Origin: Lama glama
Lineage: Eukaryota
Direction of reading: 5' to 3'
DNA length: 64,000 nucleotides
NCBI GenBank assembly: GCA_028534125.1
Contig: CM052816.1
Span: 40,364,001 to 40,428,000, forward strand
Part shown: positions 1 through 10,439 of the stretch, piece by piece
Layout: each line of letters starts with the position of its first letter
How positions within the stretch are numbered: the first letter of the stretch is position 1
The notes under the pieces: generated by a model
Seen by the model: only the letters and a program-made list of their open reading frames with translations
The model's database searches: none
What the model was told of the DNA's origin: nothing
Program-made: the position numbers and the translations under genes

Positions 1-1740
1 TGTATTTAACTTATGTTTGTGTGAGGTGCCTGGTATTTGCAAATTAAATGAGCAGGTGAGCAGGTTCACATGTTCCTGTGTACAGTGTGTGGAAGCAGTA
101 ATGATTCCAAAGGAAGCCTGATGCTGAAAGGCTTTTCTGTCATGACTGTATCTGACCTTCAATTTTCTAGTCACTTAACATCTTAAGTTTCCAAAGAATT
201 TTACTCCAAAATTCTAAGTATTTGAATTTTTATCTTTTTGTTTTCTTATTTAAAGTTTTCATTTTTTCGTCTATACTTACTGCTTTTAGACTGTTAAATC
301 TTTGTTCTACATGCTATATTTTGATTTAAATATGTTAGGGACTGTGTAGTTATTGAGCTGGTTAGGTTTTAATCAGTTCCTTTATTGTTTGGCAGACAGT
401 CCCAATAAAATCAGAAAGAAGGTTATCACTGTTCCTTGGAATTTTCGTTTGCATTTATGCAGAAATTTTCTGGTCATAAAACTCTTCAAATAAACTAAAC
501 TTTCTGGTATGTCTGAATAAATTTATAGTGGTTTGTAGCATAGACTTGTAAGTGACAGTAAATGCAGTAATGTATAGTGTGCCAGTAAATGTGCCAACAT
601 GACACAATAGATGAAAAAACTTATTCCAAAATAATACACATGGGAGCTTTTCTTTTATGTAAATGACCAAAAGAGTCATCAACTGGCAGCCACAATTTGT
701 CTTCAAAACTGAGGATTAAAATTAGTGCAACCTTCTAAAAAGGACTACCAAAAAAAAAATACTTAAATTAGCAAGATGATTGATTTTAACCAACTGTATA
801 TGAAACTTATATGATCCATTCTGGCTATTTTTTTTTTTAAAGTTGAAAAACTTGCATATAATTCTGTGGCATTTCACTTGCATTCTTCTTTTTCCTTCTT
901 CAAAATTTGTAGTTTTATTATTTTATAGTTTGTCATACTTTTCAGTTAAAAATGATGCATAAATAGTGTTTATTATTTTAAAAATTTTCTCCATAGTTAT
1001 CTTAGGAAATACTCATATAATATTTGACATTAAGTTGAACAACAATAATCCTCTTTGACTTATAAAAACAGTGATGGTGAAGTTCAGACTGAATTACCAA
1101 GGGCAAAATCTCCCAGAAAGTAAGAAGGATTAAAAATATCTCAGTTTGTGGCATTTTATTTGGTATTCTATTACTCTAAATTGCCCAGGGTTTCTTTTGG
1201 AAAAAAATTTTTTTAATCTTTTATTTCACGACCATCAATATCTGTGGGAGTTGCTGTACTAAATGGCAATGGCAAACATATTTAAAGGTTGAAAAATGGT
1301 GTTGAGTTTGTGTATTTTATATGTAGTGACAGTTTTTTTCAACAACAAGTCCCTTTATACTTATATCTTATAAATAGAGGTATTTGCTTCACAATCTAAG
1401 GTATTCTCTCAGGTCATATTTAAGGTAGCAAAGGATTCTAGCTATAAACAAGTACAGTTTTAAAATAGATGTTTTTCAGAGTTCACTTATAGTTTGGTTA
1501 GTTGCTACCAGGAATACATTTTCACGTGTACTTATTATTAGAAATCATGATTAGCTTCCAAGTAGAGTTTGAAAAAGAACTAAAGATATCAAATACAACT
1601 TGAACTATATTTTCAATGGTAAAATATTTTGGAATTATAATTTAGGATTTGTGTATCTGTTTATTTCCTTTGCTCTACCCTTTGCCACATATTACAAAAG
1701 GTTGTAACAAGAAGTGGTATCATCCATGAAAGAAAGTTTT
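1..1740 (+). other. Repeat-poor AT-rich segment, possibly distal 3' UTR or termination region of an unidentified upstream gene
   Basis: No recognisable repeat. AATAAA at 404-409, 489-494 and 516-521, the last followed by GT-rich GTGGTTTGT. Many U-rich tracts. Gene identity cannot be established from sequence. Confidence 0.2.
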
Positions 1741-1757
1741 CAAATCAAAAACTTCTA

Positions 1758-1803
1758 TTTGACACATTGTAAAATGATTATAAATCAATAAAAATGTTAA
1801 AAA
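1758..1803 (+). mobile_element. Ultra-short 5'-truncated LINE-1 3' terminus with A tail
   Basis: TGACACATTGTAAAATGATTATAAATCAATAAAAATGTTAAAA matches the reverse complement of the L1 end at ~1857-1895. Perfect 11-bp TSD AAAAACTTCTA at 1747-1757 and 1804-1814. Confidence 0.85.
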
Positions 1804-1830
1804 AAAAACTTCTAGGTTTCATCTGGGGTT

Positions 1831-2999
1831 TATTTTTTTTTTGTATTTTTTAAAAGTGAAGTATAGTCAGTTACAATGTGTCAGTTTCTGGTGTACAGCA
1901 TAATGTCTCAGTCATGCATATATATTCATTTTCATATCCTTTTACAGGTTATTATAACATATTGAATATAGTTTCCTTTGCTATACAGAAGAAATTTGTT
2001 TTGTAATCTATTTTTTATGGTGGTTAATATTTGCAGATCTCAAAATCCTAAATTTATCCTGTCCCACCCCCTTTCCTCCAGTAACCATAAGATTGTTTAC
2101 TATGTCTGTGAGTCTGTTTCTGTTTTGTATATGAATTTATTAGTGTCCTCTTTTTTTTTTAGATTCCAAATATGAGTGATATCATATGGTATTTTTCTTT
2201 ATCTTTCTGGCTTATTTCACTTAGACTGATAATCTCCAGGTCCATCCATGTTGCTACAAATAGTATTTTTATTTTTATGGCTGAGTAGTATTCCATTGTA
2301 TCAGTATACTACAGTTTCTTTATCCAGTCATCTGTTGATGAACATTAAACTTACTTCCATGTCTTAGCTATTGTATATGGTGCTGCTATGAACATTGGGG
2401 TGCATGTATCTTTTTGAATTAGAGTTCTCTGTGGATATATGCCCAGGAGTAGGATTGCTGGATCATATGGTAAGTCAATTTTTAGTTTCTTGAGGAATCT
2501 CCATATTGTTTTTCATAATGGCTACACCAAACTACATTCCCACCAGCAGAGTAGAAGTGTTCTCTTTTCTCCACATCACCTCCAGCACTTATCATTCGTG
2601 GATTTTTGAATAGAGGCCATTCTGACTGGTGTGAGGTGATATCTCATTGTAGTTTTGATGTGTATTTCTCTGATAATTAATGATACGGAGCATTTTTTCT
2701 TGTGCCTATTGGCCATTGTATGTCTTCATTGGAGAATTGCTTGTTTAGGTCTCTGCCCTTTTTTGGAATGGGTTGTTGTTGTTGTTGTTGTTGTTGTTAA
2801 ATTGTATGAGATGTTTCTATATTCTGGAAATTAAGCCTTTGTCAGTTGCATCATTTGCAAATATTTTCTTCCATTCCGTAGGTTGCCTTTTTTTTTTCAC
2901 TTATGGTTTCTTCTGCTGAGCAAAAGCTTATCTTTAGTTAGGTCCCATTTGTTAATTTTTGCATTTATTTCCATTGGCTTGGTAGACTGCCCTAGGAGA
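1831..2999 (-). mobile_element. 5'-truncated LINE-1 (3' UTR plus ORF2 C-terminal region), camelid-type
   Basis: Poly(T), then TGAAGTATAGTCAGTTACAATGTGTCAGTTTCTGGTGTACAGCA. Typical L1 antisense motifs GCTGAGTAGTATTCCATTGT, GTGAGGTGATATCTCATTGT and TTTGCAAATATTTTC. Confidence 0.93.
2772..2798. repeat. (GTT)9 microsatellite inside L1
   Basis: Nine perfect GTT units. Confidence 0.95.
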
Positions 3000-3299
3000 T
3001 GTTTTAACTTTACAACTTCCAAGTCTCCCAAACTCTTAGTTCTTTCTCTGTGATGCAGCCCCACTATAAGTGCAGAATAGCATCAAGCTCTCACCATGTT
3101 GCCCAGTGGAGATTGGAGTTTGGGGAACCAGTGCTGAAATGCTCTGTGCATAATGAAGATCTGTCCTCTAATCCAGAGACCTTGTGTATTCCATTAAAAC
3201 ACGAAGTATAAATATACAACTTAAACAACCATTTGCCCTGTTTCCTAAGAGCCTGTAATTAGACCAGTAGCCATATATATGCTCAACTCAGAGGATAAT

Positions 3300-3776
3300 G
3301 CATGTTTTGATGACTGTCATGAGCTTACAGAAACCCCCTTTTCTTCTGGTTAATTTAGAGATAGATTAAGTATGTCCAAAGAGATTAAAGGGGAAATCCA
3401 CCAAGTTGCTGATAGTTCAGTGAAATATTTTCCTCCTGGATGAGAAAGAGTATCATATTAAGAGAATCCCTTTCCCTCCAAATTACTTGTATTTTGGAGC
3501 TTGTCATATGAGGATGTGATGCTTGGAGATGCAACAGACATATCGTGACTGTTCAAAATAAGTCTGAAGAAAGAAACTAACAGACAGGATGGAAGAACAG
3601 AGAATATCAAATGAAAGAGCAAAAGAATATTCCAGGTGACATCTTTAAGCTGCTGAATCAGTGCTGGACTCATTTCTCTAGTTTTTCTTAAATGTACAGT
3701 AATTACTTCTTACAATTTAAATGAATTCTTGTCAAGTTTTTATTTATTTAGAACTAAAAGCATTCTAAGTAATACA
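3300..3776 (+). mobile_element. Old ERVL-MaLR solo LTR (MLT1J/K-like)
   Basis: GATGTGATGCTTGGAGATGCAACAGACATATC, GGATGGAAGAACAGA, GACATCTTTAAGCTGCTGAATCA and the terminus AAAAGCATTCTAAGTAATACA. 5' boundary approximate. Confidence 0.65.
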
Positions 3777-4139
3777 AAAATCTACCTCAAGGAATTGTGA
3801 AGATTAAACAAAATGAGAGATAAAGTAACAAAAATATACACACACATATATTATATTTACTGCTATTGCTGCCATGGAGAATATCTCAGATCCAAGCACC
3901 TGTTGGTCTATTGTGTAAGTGCCTATATCACATATCATATCACATGTCATATCATATAAGTCAGGGGCTTCAGTTTTGGAAGGTTTGTGTAAGAGTGGTT
4001 ATTAAAGCACAAGGGCAGAAATGGTGGAAAATAGTAGTCAATGACAGAAACAGAGTAAAATACAAAAATGAGTAAAAATTTAATTAGAATAATTGCTCTC
4101 AAATAGGACCCTTTTGATTCTTAACAATTATTTATAACT

Positions 4140-5290
4140 GTAAGAGCAACCTTTTTTCCAAAATAAAAAAGAGAAAATGTCATTGTTTAAATTTTTTGCA
4201 AATCCCTTTAATATCTGGCTTCTCATATCTGCTTCTCCTTTCAAACTGTTCTGTTTTATAAATTTGATTGAAGTATAATGAAGGAATTTTGGCTTTACAC
4301 AGATATGCCCTTAGAAAAGTGAAGTGTGTTATAATGCTCTTTTAAGATAGTTGTGGGTTTTCTTTTTTCTTTTTCTTTTTGGGACTACACCAAAACTTGT
4401 CAATTGATGGTTTTCTAAAAGTTGATTGTAATGTAGAATCTTGACCCAACAAGTATTTCATAACAACAGGTATGAAATGCACTGATCTGTCTTGCACCTT
4501 AATTACTCTTTACCCATGAATAATTTTATAACATCATGCATGGGCTATTTAGAAAGTAATGTTTAACTGAGTTATGTACATCTTCTAAAAATTGACAAAT
4601 TCATTATCACATTTGTTAACATCACTGATGTTCTCATCAGAATATTATTTAGTTATTGGGAAACTGTCTGGTTCACAGTGGCAGACCTACATTTTCCAAA
4701 ATTCCTATTTTTCCTTGAAAGCTTGAGATTTATCATTGCAACAAATATTGTCAGTTGTTTTCCTTGAAATGACAGGTCTGCTTCATTAATTTCTGCAAAA
4801 ATGTCTGTCAAAATATGTCTGAATAATTATAGTATGTCTGTCAGTTGTGTTTTCAAGTAAAAATGGTTCCACTAAACAGGCAGCTAGTTGAGCTTGCATT
4901 TGAATCAGTTGCACAAGTGCTTTTATTTGGGACAACCATCATATTTCAGAATATAGAAGTGTTTTATCTACGTCTCCCACTTTGTCATATAGACTACTAA
5001 ACAGTAAATATGCAAAGGTCTGGTTTAATTAAATTAAAAATTTTACTGCTTCATCAAGAAAGCTGTTATGTGAAGTTCACTGTTTTTCTTTTTTTAAAAA
5101 TTATGAGTACATGACAATAAAGAATGTATTGACTATTAGACTGCTGATATAATTTGGTGCTGCTACCTTAATTTATGTTAAGGTGTCAGCAATTTTGCTG
5201 TCAATGTACATGTCAGCTCAGTGGAAAAGCCAAATTATGTCAGTATTTTTATGAAATGGTTTTGACCTGATTGACCCCTAAAGGATATTC
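4140..5290. mobile_element. hAT-Charlie DNA transposon remnant (Charlie1-like)
   Basis: TTTTTGCAAATCCCTTTAATATCTGGCTT, GGACTACACCAAAACTT, CAGTTGTTTTCCTTGAAATGACAGG and subterminal GTTTTGACCTGATTGACCCC match the recalled Charlie1 consensus. Confidence 0.8.
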
Positions 5291-5619
5291 CTGACTCTTT
5301 GCTTTCCAGATTTATGCACAAGTTTTATTCTGATTGCCATAAGTAATGTGCCATAAGTAAGAGCATATTACTTTTTTCCAAGAGTGTAATTGTCACTTTA
5401 TTTTTTATGTATTTTGTTACGCACTTACCAGAGATACTAATTCAATGTTTACAAAAGGAGTTTGCATCATTTTGGCAAGATTTTGTTAGTTCATATTTCA
5501 AAATTTCTCCCCCTGCGCTGTCCTGCTGTGTTATATGTATATCACATACAAAGACATTTGACCTACTGTGTTACCAATGACTACATAGTGGAGTACAATT
5601 TTATGATTCCACTTTCTGC

Positions 5620-6500
5620 CATCAGGAAGTAACTGCTACTAGGCCTGTTCTGCTACCATAAATAACTGCAAAATTGGACAAAATATACAAACTTTTTTCA
5701 GACATTGAGTTAAACAAGTGTCACAGGACTGTAATCACTGAGAGAACAGAAGCAAATGAGGTTAGCTGCATGATCACTCTGGTTTTCTGCTTGAATGCAT
5801 ATTTCTGACTGCAGTTCAGGGAGAGGAAGCCCTCAAGTATTCTCACCAAGCTGAGGATACAACACTCAGAGCTTCAGGCTATTGAGGTGGCTGGAATTTT
5901 CAGAGCAGGTTATCAGAGAAAAGACATCTCCGTAAAGAAGGAGGTTCAGAAATCTTTATATGACTTGCCTTGGATCTTTTGCTGAATACCAAGCTGAACA
6001 TATGCAAACTGACTCTCAAAGAGGACACACAGTGATACCAAAAGACACACATCTGCCAGGGAGCCATGAGCTGAACAACCGCTGCAGATTGCACAGAGCA
6101 GATGTCTGCTTCCTATTAGCCAGTGTGGAGAGGCTTCATTTAATATGAGAGGTAGCAAAGGGGCCACACTTAAGTAGTAGGGCTATTCTAGCCCTCAGCT
6201 AAAGGGTGCTCTCTATTATAACTAACAAAGGTTTTTTCCAAAGCCTTAGAAAGTTGAAAGATATGTGTAAATAAACTGTCAGATGGAACAAAATAAATAC
6301 TTTATTAAGAAAATCAATTAAATCAATAATCAATAATATTAGTACTGTCCAGTGCACAGTGAAAAATAGACATGCAAAAAGTAGATGATAAAGTTCATGA
6401 CCAAGAGAAATATCTATCAGTGAAAATGACAGAATTAGCATGAATTTATTAACAACTATTAAAAATTAGTTCAAGTTTTAAAAGCAATCTTAAAGGGCAA
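5620..6500 (+). mobile_element. Ancient LINE-1 5' UTR/ORF1-start remnant (L1MD/ME-like)
   Basis: AACTGCAAAATTGGACAAAATATA, TTTTCAGACATTG, TATGACTTGCCTTGGATCTTTTGCTGAATACCAAGCTG, followed by A-rich ORF1-like sequence. Confidence 0.6.
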
Positions 6501-6644
6501 TATTGACCTTAAAATTTAAATCTCCAGTATAAGAAACAACTTTTCCAAACCTCACATTAAATAAATACATAATAAGTATAAACAAACAGACAAACAGCAC
6601 ATACGTACATACATATATATATACATACAAAAATACATATTTTT

Positions 6645-6839
6645 GGCTGAGACAGGAACATGAGAACATTCTAGGTAAGAGAAAGATCAGTGTAGGTGAT
6701 AGAGAGGAAGTTGACCTGTACTATGTGATGGGTTGTACAGTGTATTAGAAACAGTAAGATGAGAGAGTTATTAAGGAGCCAACTGATACAGATTTTGAAA
6801 CCAGATTGATGGATTTGAGTAGGCTCTGACCATGGGAAG
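6645..6839 (-). mobile_element. LINE-2 fragment interrupted by the ERV
   Basis: Purine-rich GAGAACATTCTAGGTAAGAGAAAGATCAGTGT...CCATGGGAAG. An L2-like continuation appears after ~14050. Confidence 0.4.
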
Positions 6840-7163
6840 TGTTGACTAAAACAAATAGACTGGCAGGTAGTTCTCCAGCAAAGATGGGTTTGTTTGGATC
6901 ATCAGAGAATTGCAATTCAGGGTCTTCAATCATAGCAAGCCACATGCGAAACCCCACACAGCAAGAAAAGAACTCTTTTATAGGTGGGAAAAGGAAGTTG
7001 GGAGGGCTATACTAAACAAAGAGTTCATAGCTGAGTTCTTGCCAGAAAATAAGAATCTTTCTTCTTTTTGTTGGGCTCCATTATCTTTGCCAGGTGTGAG
7101 AGCTCTCCCTTCTGGTTTCTTGATTCTATTTAATTGGGGCTTCTGTTTATTAATTTTTTAACA
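6840..7163 (-). repeat. 3' LTR of the provirus (MER39/LTR39-like, family uncertain)
   Basis: TGTTGAC...TTAACA termini. Minus-strand TATAAAA. Adjacent polypurine tract GGGGGAAAAAAGCGGGAGGACAG (reverse complement of 7164-7186). Colinear with 13742-14052. Confidence 0.92.
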
Positions 7164-7539
7164 CTGTCCTCCCGCTTTTTTCCCCCAAGATCTTGCTCTT
7201 CTAATTTTAGCAGCTTTTTCACTCTCAGTGTTGGGAAGGACCTTTCCTGGGTGTACTGTCTCTCATTGGAGCAAAAGTGCACAGATCGGAAACCTATTGA
7301 GGTCATATTCTAGTAACAAGGAGGACAGGAGGGAGAACTCCCAGGTACGTTTTATCTAAATTCCATGTGTTATCAATATCATGGACACTGGAGAGCATCT
7401 GAAGCATTATGTCATCATGAAAGGTTTGGTGACAAACTTCCAACAGGCCTGGTCTGGATATCTTGGGAAAGCTGTCCCATCAAATACTGTCTGCTTCAGT
7501 TTCAGGAAATCTTTACTTTGGGTTACCAGATGACATTCA

Positions 7540-7712
7540 GCTCCCGTCAGGGTTTGGTGCTTTCTTTAAAAGTTTCTGTAAACATAAGAGTCTATTCCTT
7601 AGAGGTTAGCAACACAAGAGTTTACCTGATAAGGGCATCTCCAGTGAGATTGAGGAGAGTTCTTCTGGAGGTATCTTCTCCAATGGATAAAACCTCCAGG
7701 TTGCAAGATGTG
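7540..7712 (-). pseudogene. ERV integrase C-terminal remnant
   Basis: Minus-strand translation HILQPGGFIHWRRYLQKNSPQSHWRCPYQV...ANL*GIDS resembles the retroviral LQPGD...W.GPYQV...GIDSWIH integrase tail. Confidence 0.8.
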
Positions 7713-7715
7713 ATG

Positions 7716-8233
7716 CTTTTACAGATTCTTTTTCATTATAGGTTATTAAAAGATATTGAATATAGTGCCTTGTGCTGTGCAGTAGGTCCTTGTTGTTTAT
7801 CTGTTTTATATATAGTAGTATATATAGATATATAGGACCTACTGCACAGCACAAGTAGTTAATTACAAATTCCTAATTTATCCCTCCACCCTCTTTCCTC
7901 TTCGGTAACCATGAGTTTGTTTTCCATGACTGTGAGTCTGTTTTTGCTTTGTAAATAAGTTCATTTTTGTCATTTTTTTAGATTCCACATATAAGTAATA
8001 TCATATGATATTTATCTTTTTCTGACTTACTTCACTTAGTATGATAATCTCTAAGTCTGTCTATGTTGTTGCAAATGGCATTATTTAATTCTTTTTTATG
8101 GCTGATTAGTATTCCATTGTATATATGTACTAACTGCTTTATCCAGTCATCTATCAATGGACATTTAGATTTTTTCCATATCTTGGCTATTGTAAAAGTT
8201 GCTGCTATGAATATTGGGGTGCACATATCCTTT
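7716..8233 (-). mobile_element. LINE-1 3' UTR segment lacking its extreme 3' end and tail
   Basis: CAGATTCTTTTTCATTATAGGTTATT...AGATTCCACATATAAGTAATATCATATGATATTT. Colinear with 8341-8913. Confidence 0.9.
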
Positions 8234-8388
8234 TCTTTATTTATTTAATTTATATTGAAGTATAGTTGATGTACAGTGTTCTCTTAGTTTCAGGTGTACA
8301 GCAAAGTGATTCAGTTATATATATATACATGTATATTCTTTTTCAGATTCTTTTCCATTATAGATTATTAAAAGATATTGAATATAGT

Positions 8389-8421
8389 ACTTCAATAAAA
8401 AAGTAATTAATTAATTAATTA
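8389..8421 (+). mobile_element. Minimal L1 3'-end insertion (ACTTCAATAAAAAA plus AT-rich tail) inside an antisense L1
   Basis: 19-bp TSD AAAA(G/T)ATATTGAATATAGT at 8370-8388 and 8422-8440. TT|AAAA endonuclease site at 8368-8373. Confidence 0.75.
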
Positions 8422-8764
8422 AAAATATATTGAATATAGTTCTCTGTGCTCTACAGTAGGTCCTTGTTCTTTATCTTTTTTATATATAGTTGTGTGTATA
8501 TGTTAATCCCAAACTCCTAATTTATTCCTCCCTCCCTGTTCCTCTCCCCTTTGGTAACCATAATTTGTTCTCTATGTCTATGAGTATGTTTCCAGTATGT
8601 AAATAAGTTTATTGGTATCATTTTTTGTATTACACACATAAGTAATATCATATGATATTTATGTCTCTTTGTCTGACTGACTTCACTTAGTATGATAATC
8701 TACATGTCCATCCATATTGCTGTAAATGGCATTACTTAATTCTTTTTTATGGTTGAGTAGTATT

Positions 8765-8766
<2 letters not shown>

Positions 8767-8800
<34 letters not shown>
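8767..8800. repeat. (TG)17 microsatellite
   Basis: Perfect TG run within an L1 3' UTR. Confidence 0.95.
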
Positions 8801-8803
<3 letters not shown>

Positions 8804-10439
8804 ATACACCATATCTTCTTTATCCGGTCATCTATCAATGATATTTAGATTTTTTTCCACATCTTGGCTATCATAAATAGTGCTGCTATGAACAATAGAG
8901 GACATATCTTTTCAAGTGAGAGTTTTCACCTTTTCCATATATATGCCTGGGAGTGGGGTTGCTGATAATAGGGTAACTTTATTTTTAGTTTTTAAAGTAA
9001 CCTGCATACTGTTTCCCATAGTGGCTGCACTAGTTTATATTCCCACCAGCAATGTAGGAGGGTTCCCTTTTCTCCATATCCTCTTTAGCATTTATTTGTA
9101 GACTTTTTGATGATAATTATTTTTGCCAGTGTGAGGTGATACCTTATTGTAATTTTGGTTTTCATTTCTCTAATAATTAGCAATGTTGAACACCTTTTTA
9201 TGTGCCTGTTGGCCATATCTGCATGTCTTCTTTGGAGAAATGTCTTTTTAGGTCTTCTGCCCCTTTGATTGGGTTGTTTTTTGATACTGAGCTGTATAAA
9301 CTGTTTGTATATTTTGGAAATTAATCCCTTGTCAGTTGCATTGTTTGCAAATATTTTCTCCCATTCCATAGGTTGTCTTCGTTTATGGTTTCTTTTCCTG
9401 TGCAAAAGCTTTTAAGTTTAATTAGGTCCCATTTGTTTATTTTTGCTTTTATTTCCATTACACTAGGAGATGGATCCAAAAAAATATTGCTGCAATTTAT
9501 GCCAGAGTGCTCTGCCTATGTTTTCCTCTAGGAGTTTTAGTATCTAGTCTTAGATTTAGGTCTTTAATCCATTTTGAGTTTATTTTTGCATATCGTGTTA
9601 GGGAATGTTCTAATTTCATTCTTTCACACATAACTGTCCAATTTTCCAGTATCACTTATTGAAAAGACTGTATTTTCTTCATTGTATATTCTTAACTCCT
9701 TTGTCATAGATTAATTGATCATAAAAGTGCATGGATTTACTTCTGAACTTTCTGTCCTGTTCCATTGATCTATGTGTCTGTTTCTGTGCCAGTACCATCC
9801 TGTTTTGATTACTGTAGTTTTGTAGTATAGCCTGAAGTCAGGGATTGTGATTTTTCCAGCTCTGTTCTTATTTCTCAAGATTGTTTTGGCTATTTGGGAT
9901 CTTTTGTCTTCACATACAAATTTAAGAAAATTTTTGTTCTAGTTCAATGAAAATGCCTTTGGTAATCTGATAGGTATTGCACTGAGTCTGTAGATTGCCT
10001 TGGGTAGTACAATCATTTTAACAATATTGATTCTTCTGATTCAAGAACTCGGTATATCTTCCCATCTATTTATGTCATCTTCAATTTCTTATAGTTTTCA
10101 GAGAATAGGTCTTTCGCCTCCTTAGGGGGGTTTATCCCTAGATATTTTATTCTTTTGATGCAGTGGTAAATAAGATTGTTTCTATGCAGCTGATTTCTGT
10201 ATATTAATTTTGTATCCTGCAACTCTACCAAATTCTTGATGAGCTCTAGTAGTTTTCTGGTGGAATCTTTAGGATTTTCTATATATAGCATCATGTTATC
10301 TGCAAACAGTGATAGTTTTACTTCTTCCCTTGCAATCTGGATTGCTTTTATTTTCTTCTCTGATTGATGTGTCTAGGACTTCCCAAACTATGTTGAATAA
10401 AGTGGCGAGAGTGGGCATCCTTGTCTTCTTCCTGATCTT

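Larger units (their letters stand above)
8234..10439 (-). mobile_element. 5'-truncated LINE-1 (3' UTR and ORF2 from RT region to C-terminus)
   Basis: T-rich tail plus ATTGAAGTATAGTTGATG. ORF-track peptides [19 protein letters not shown] and [26 protein letters not shown] are L1 ORF2. Confidence 0.95.

Noticed and set aside
98..156. SECIS element or C/D-box snoRNA (ATGA...AA...hairpin...TGA/CTGA)
   Set aside because: ATGA-to-AA spacing is only 9 nt, helix II pairs poorly, the C box is non-canonical and the span is too short.
7187..7540. Captured env (syncytin-like) gene
   Set aside because: Only ~350 bp lie between integrase and PPT, with no env ORF, furin site or immunosuppressive motif.
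7365..7835. 156-aa ORF, the longest in the track
   Set aside because: It is an antisense frame across the ERV integrase remnant and the L1 junction, with no protein-like features.
9085..10294. ORFs of 106 aa and 74 aa as host genes
   Set aside because: They are broken L1 ORF2 fragments.
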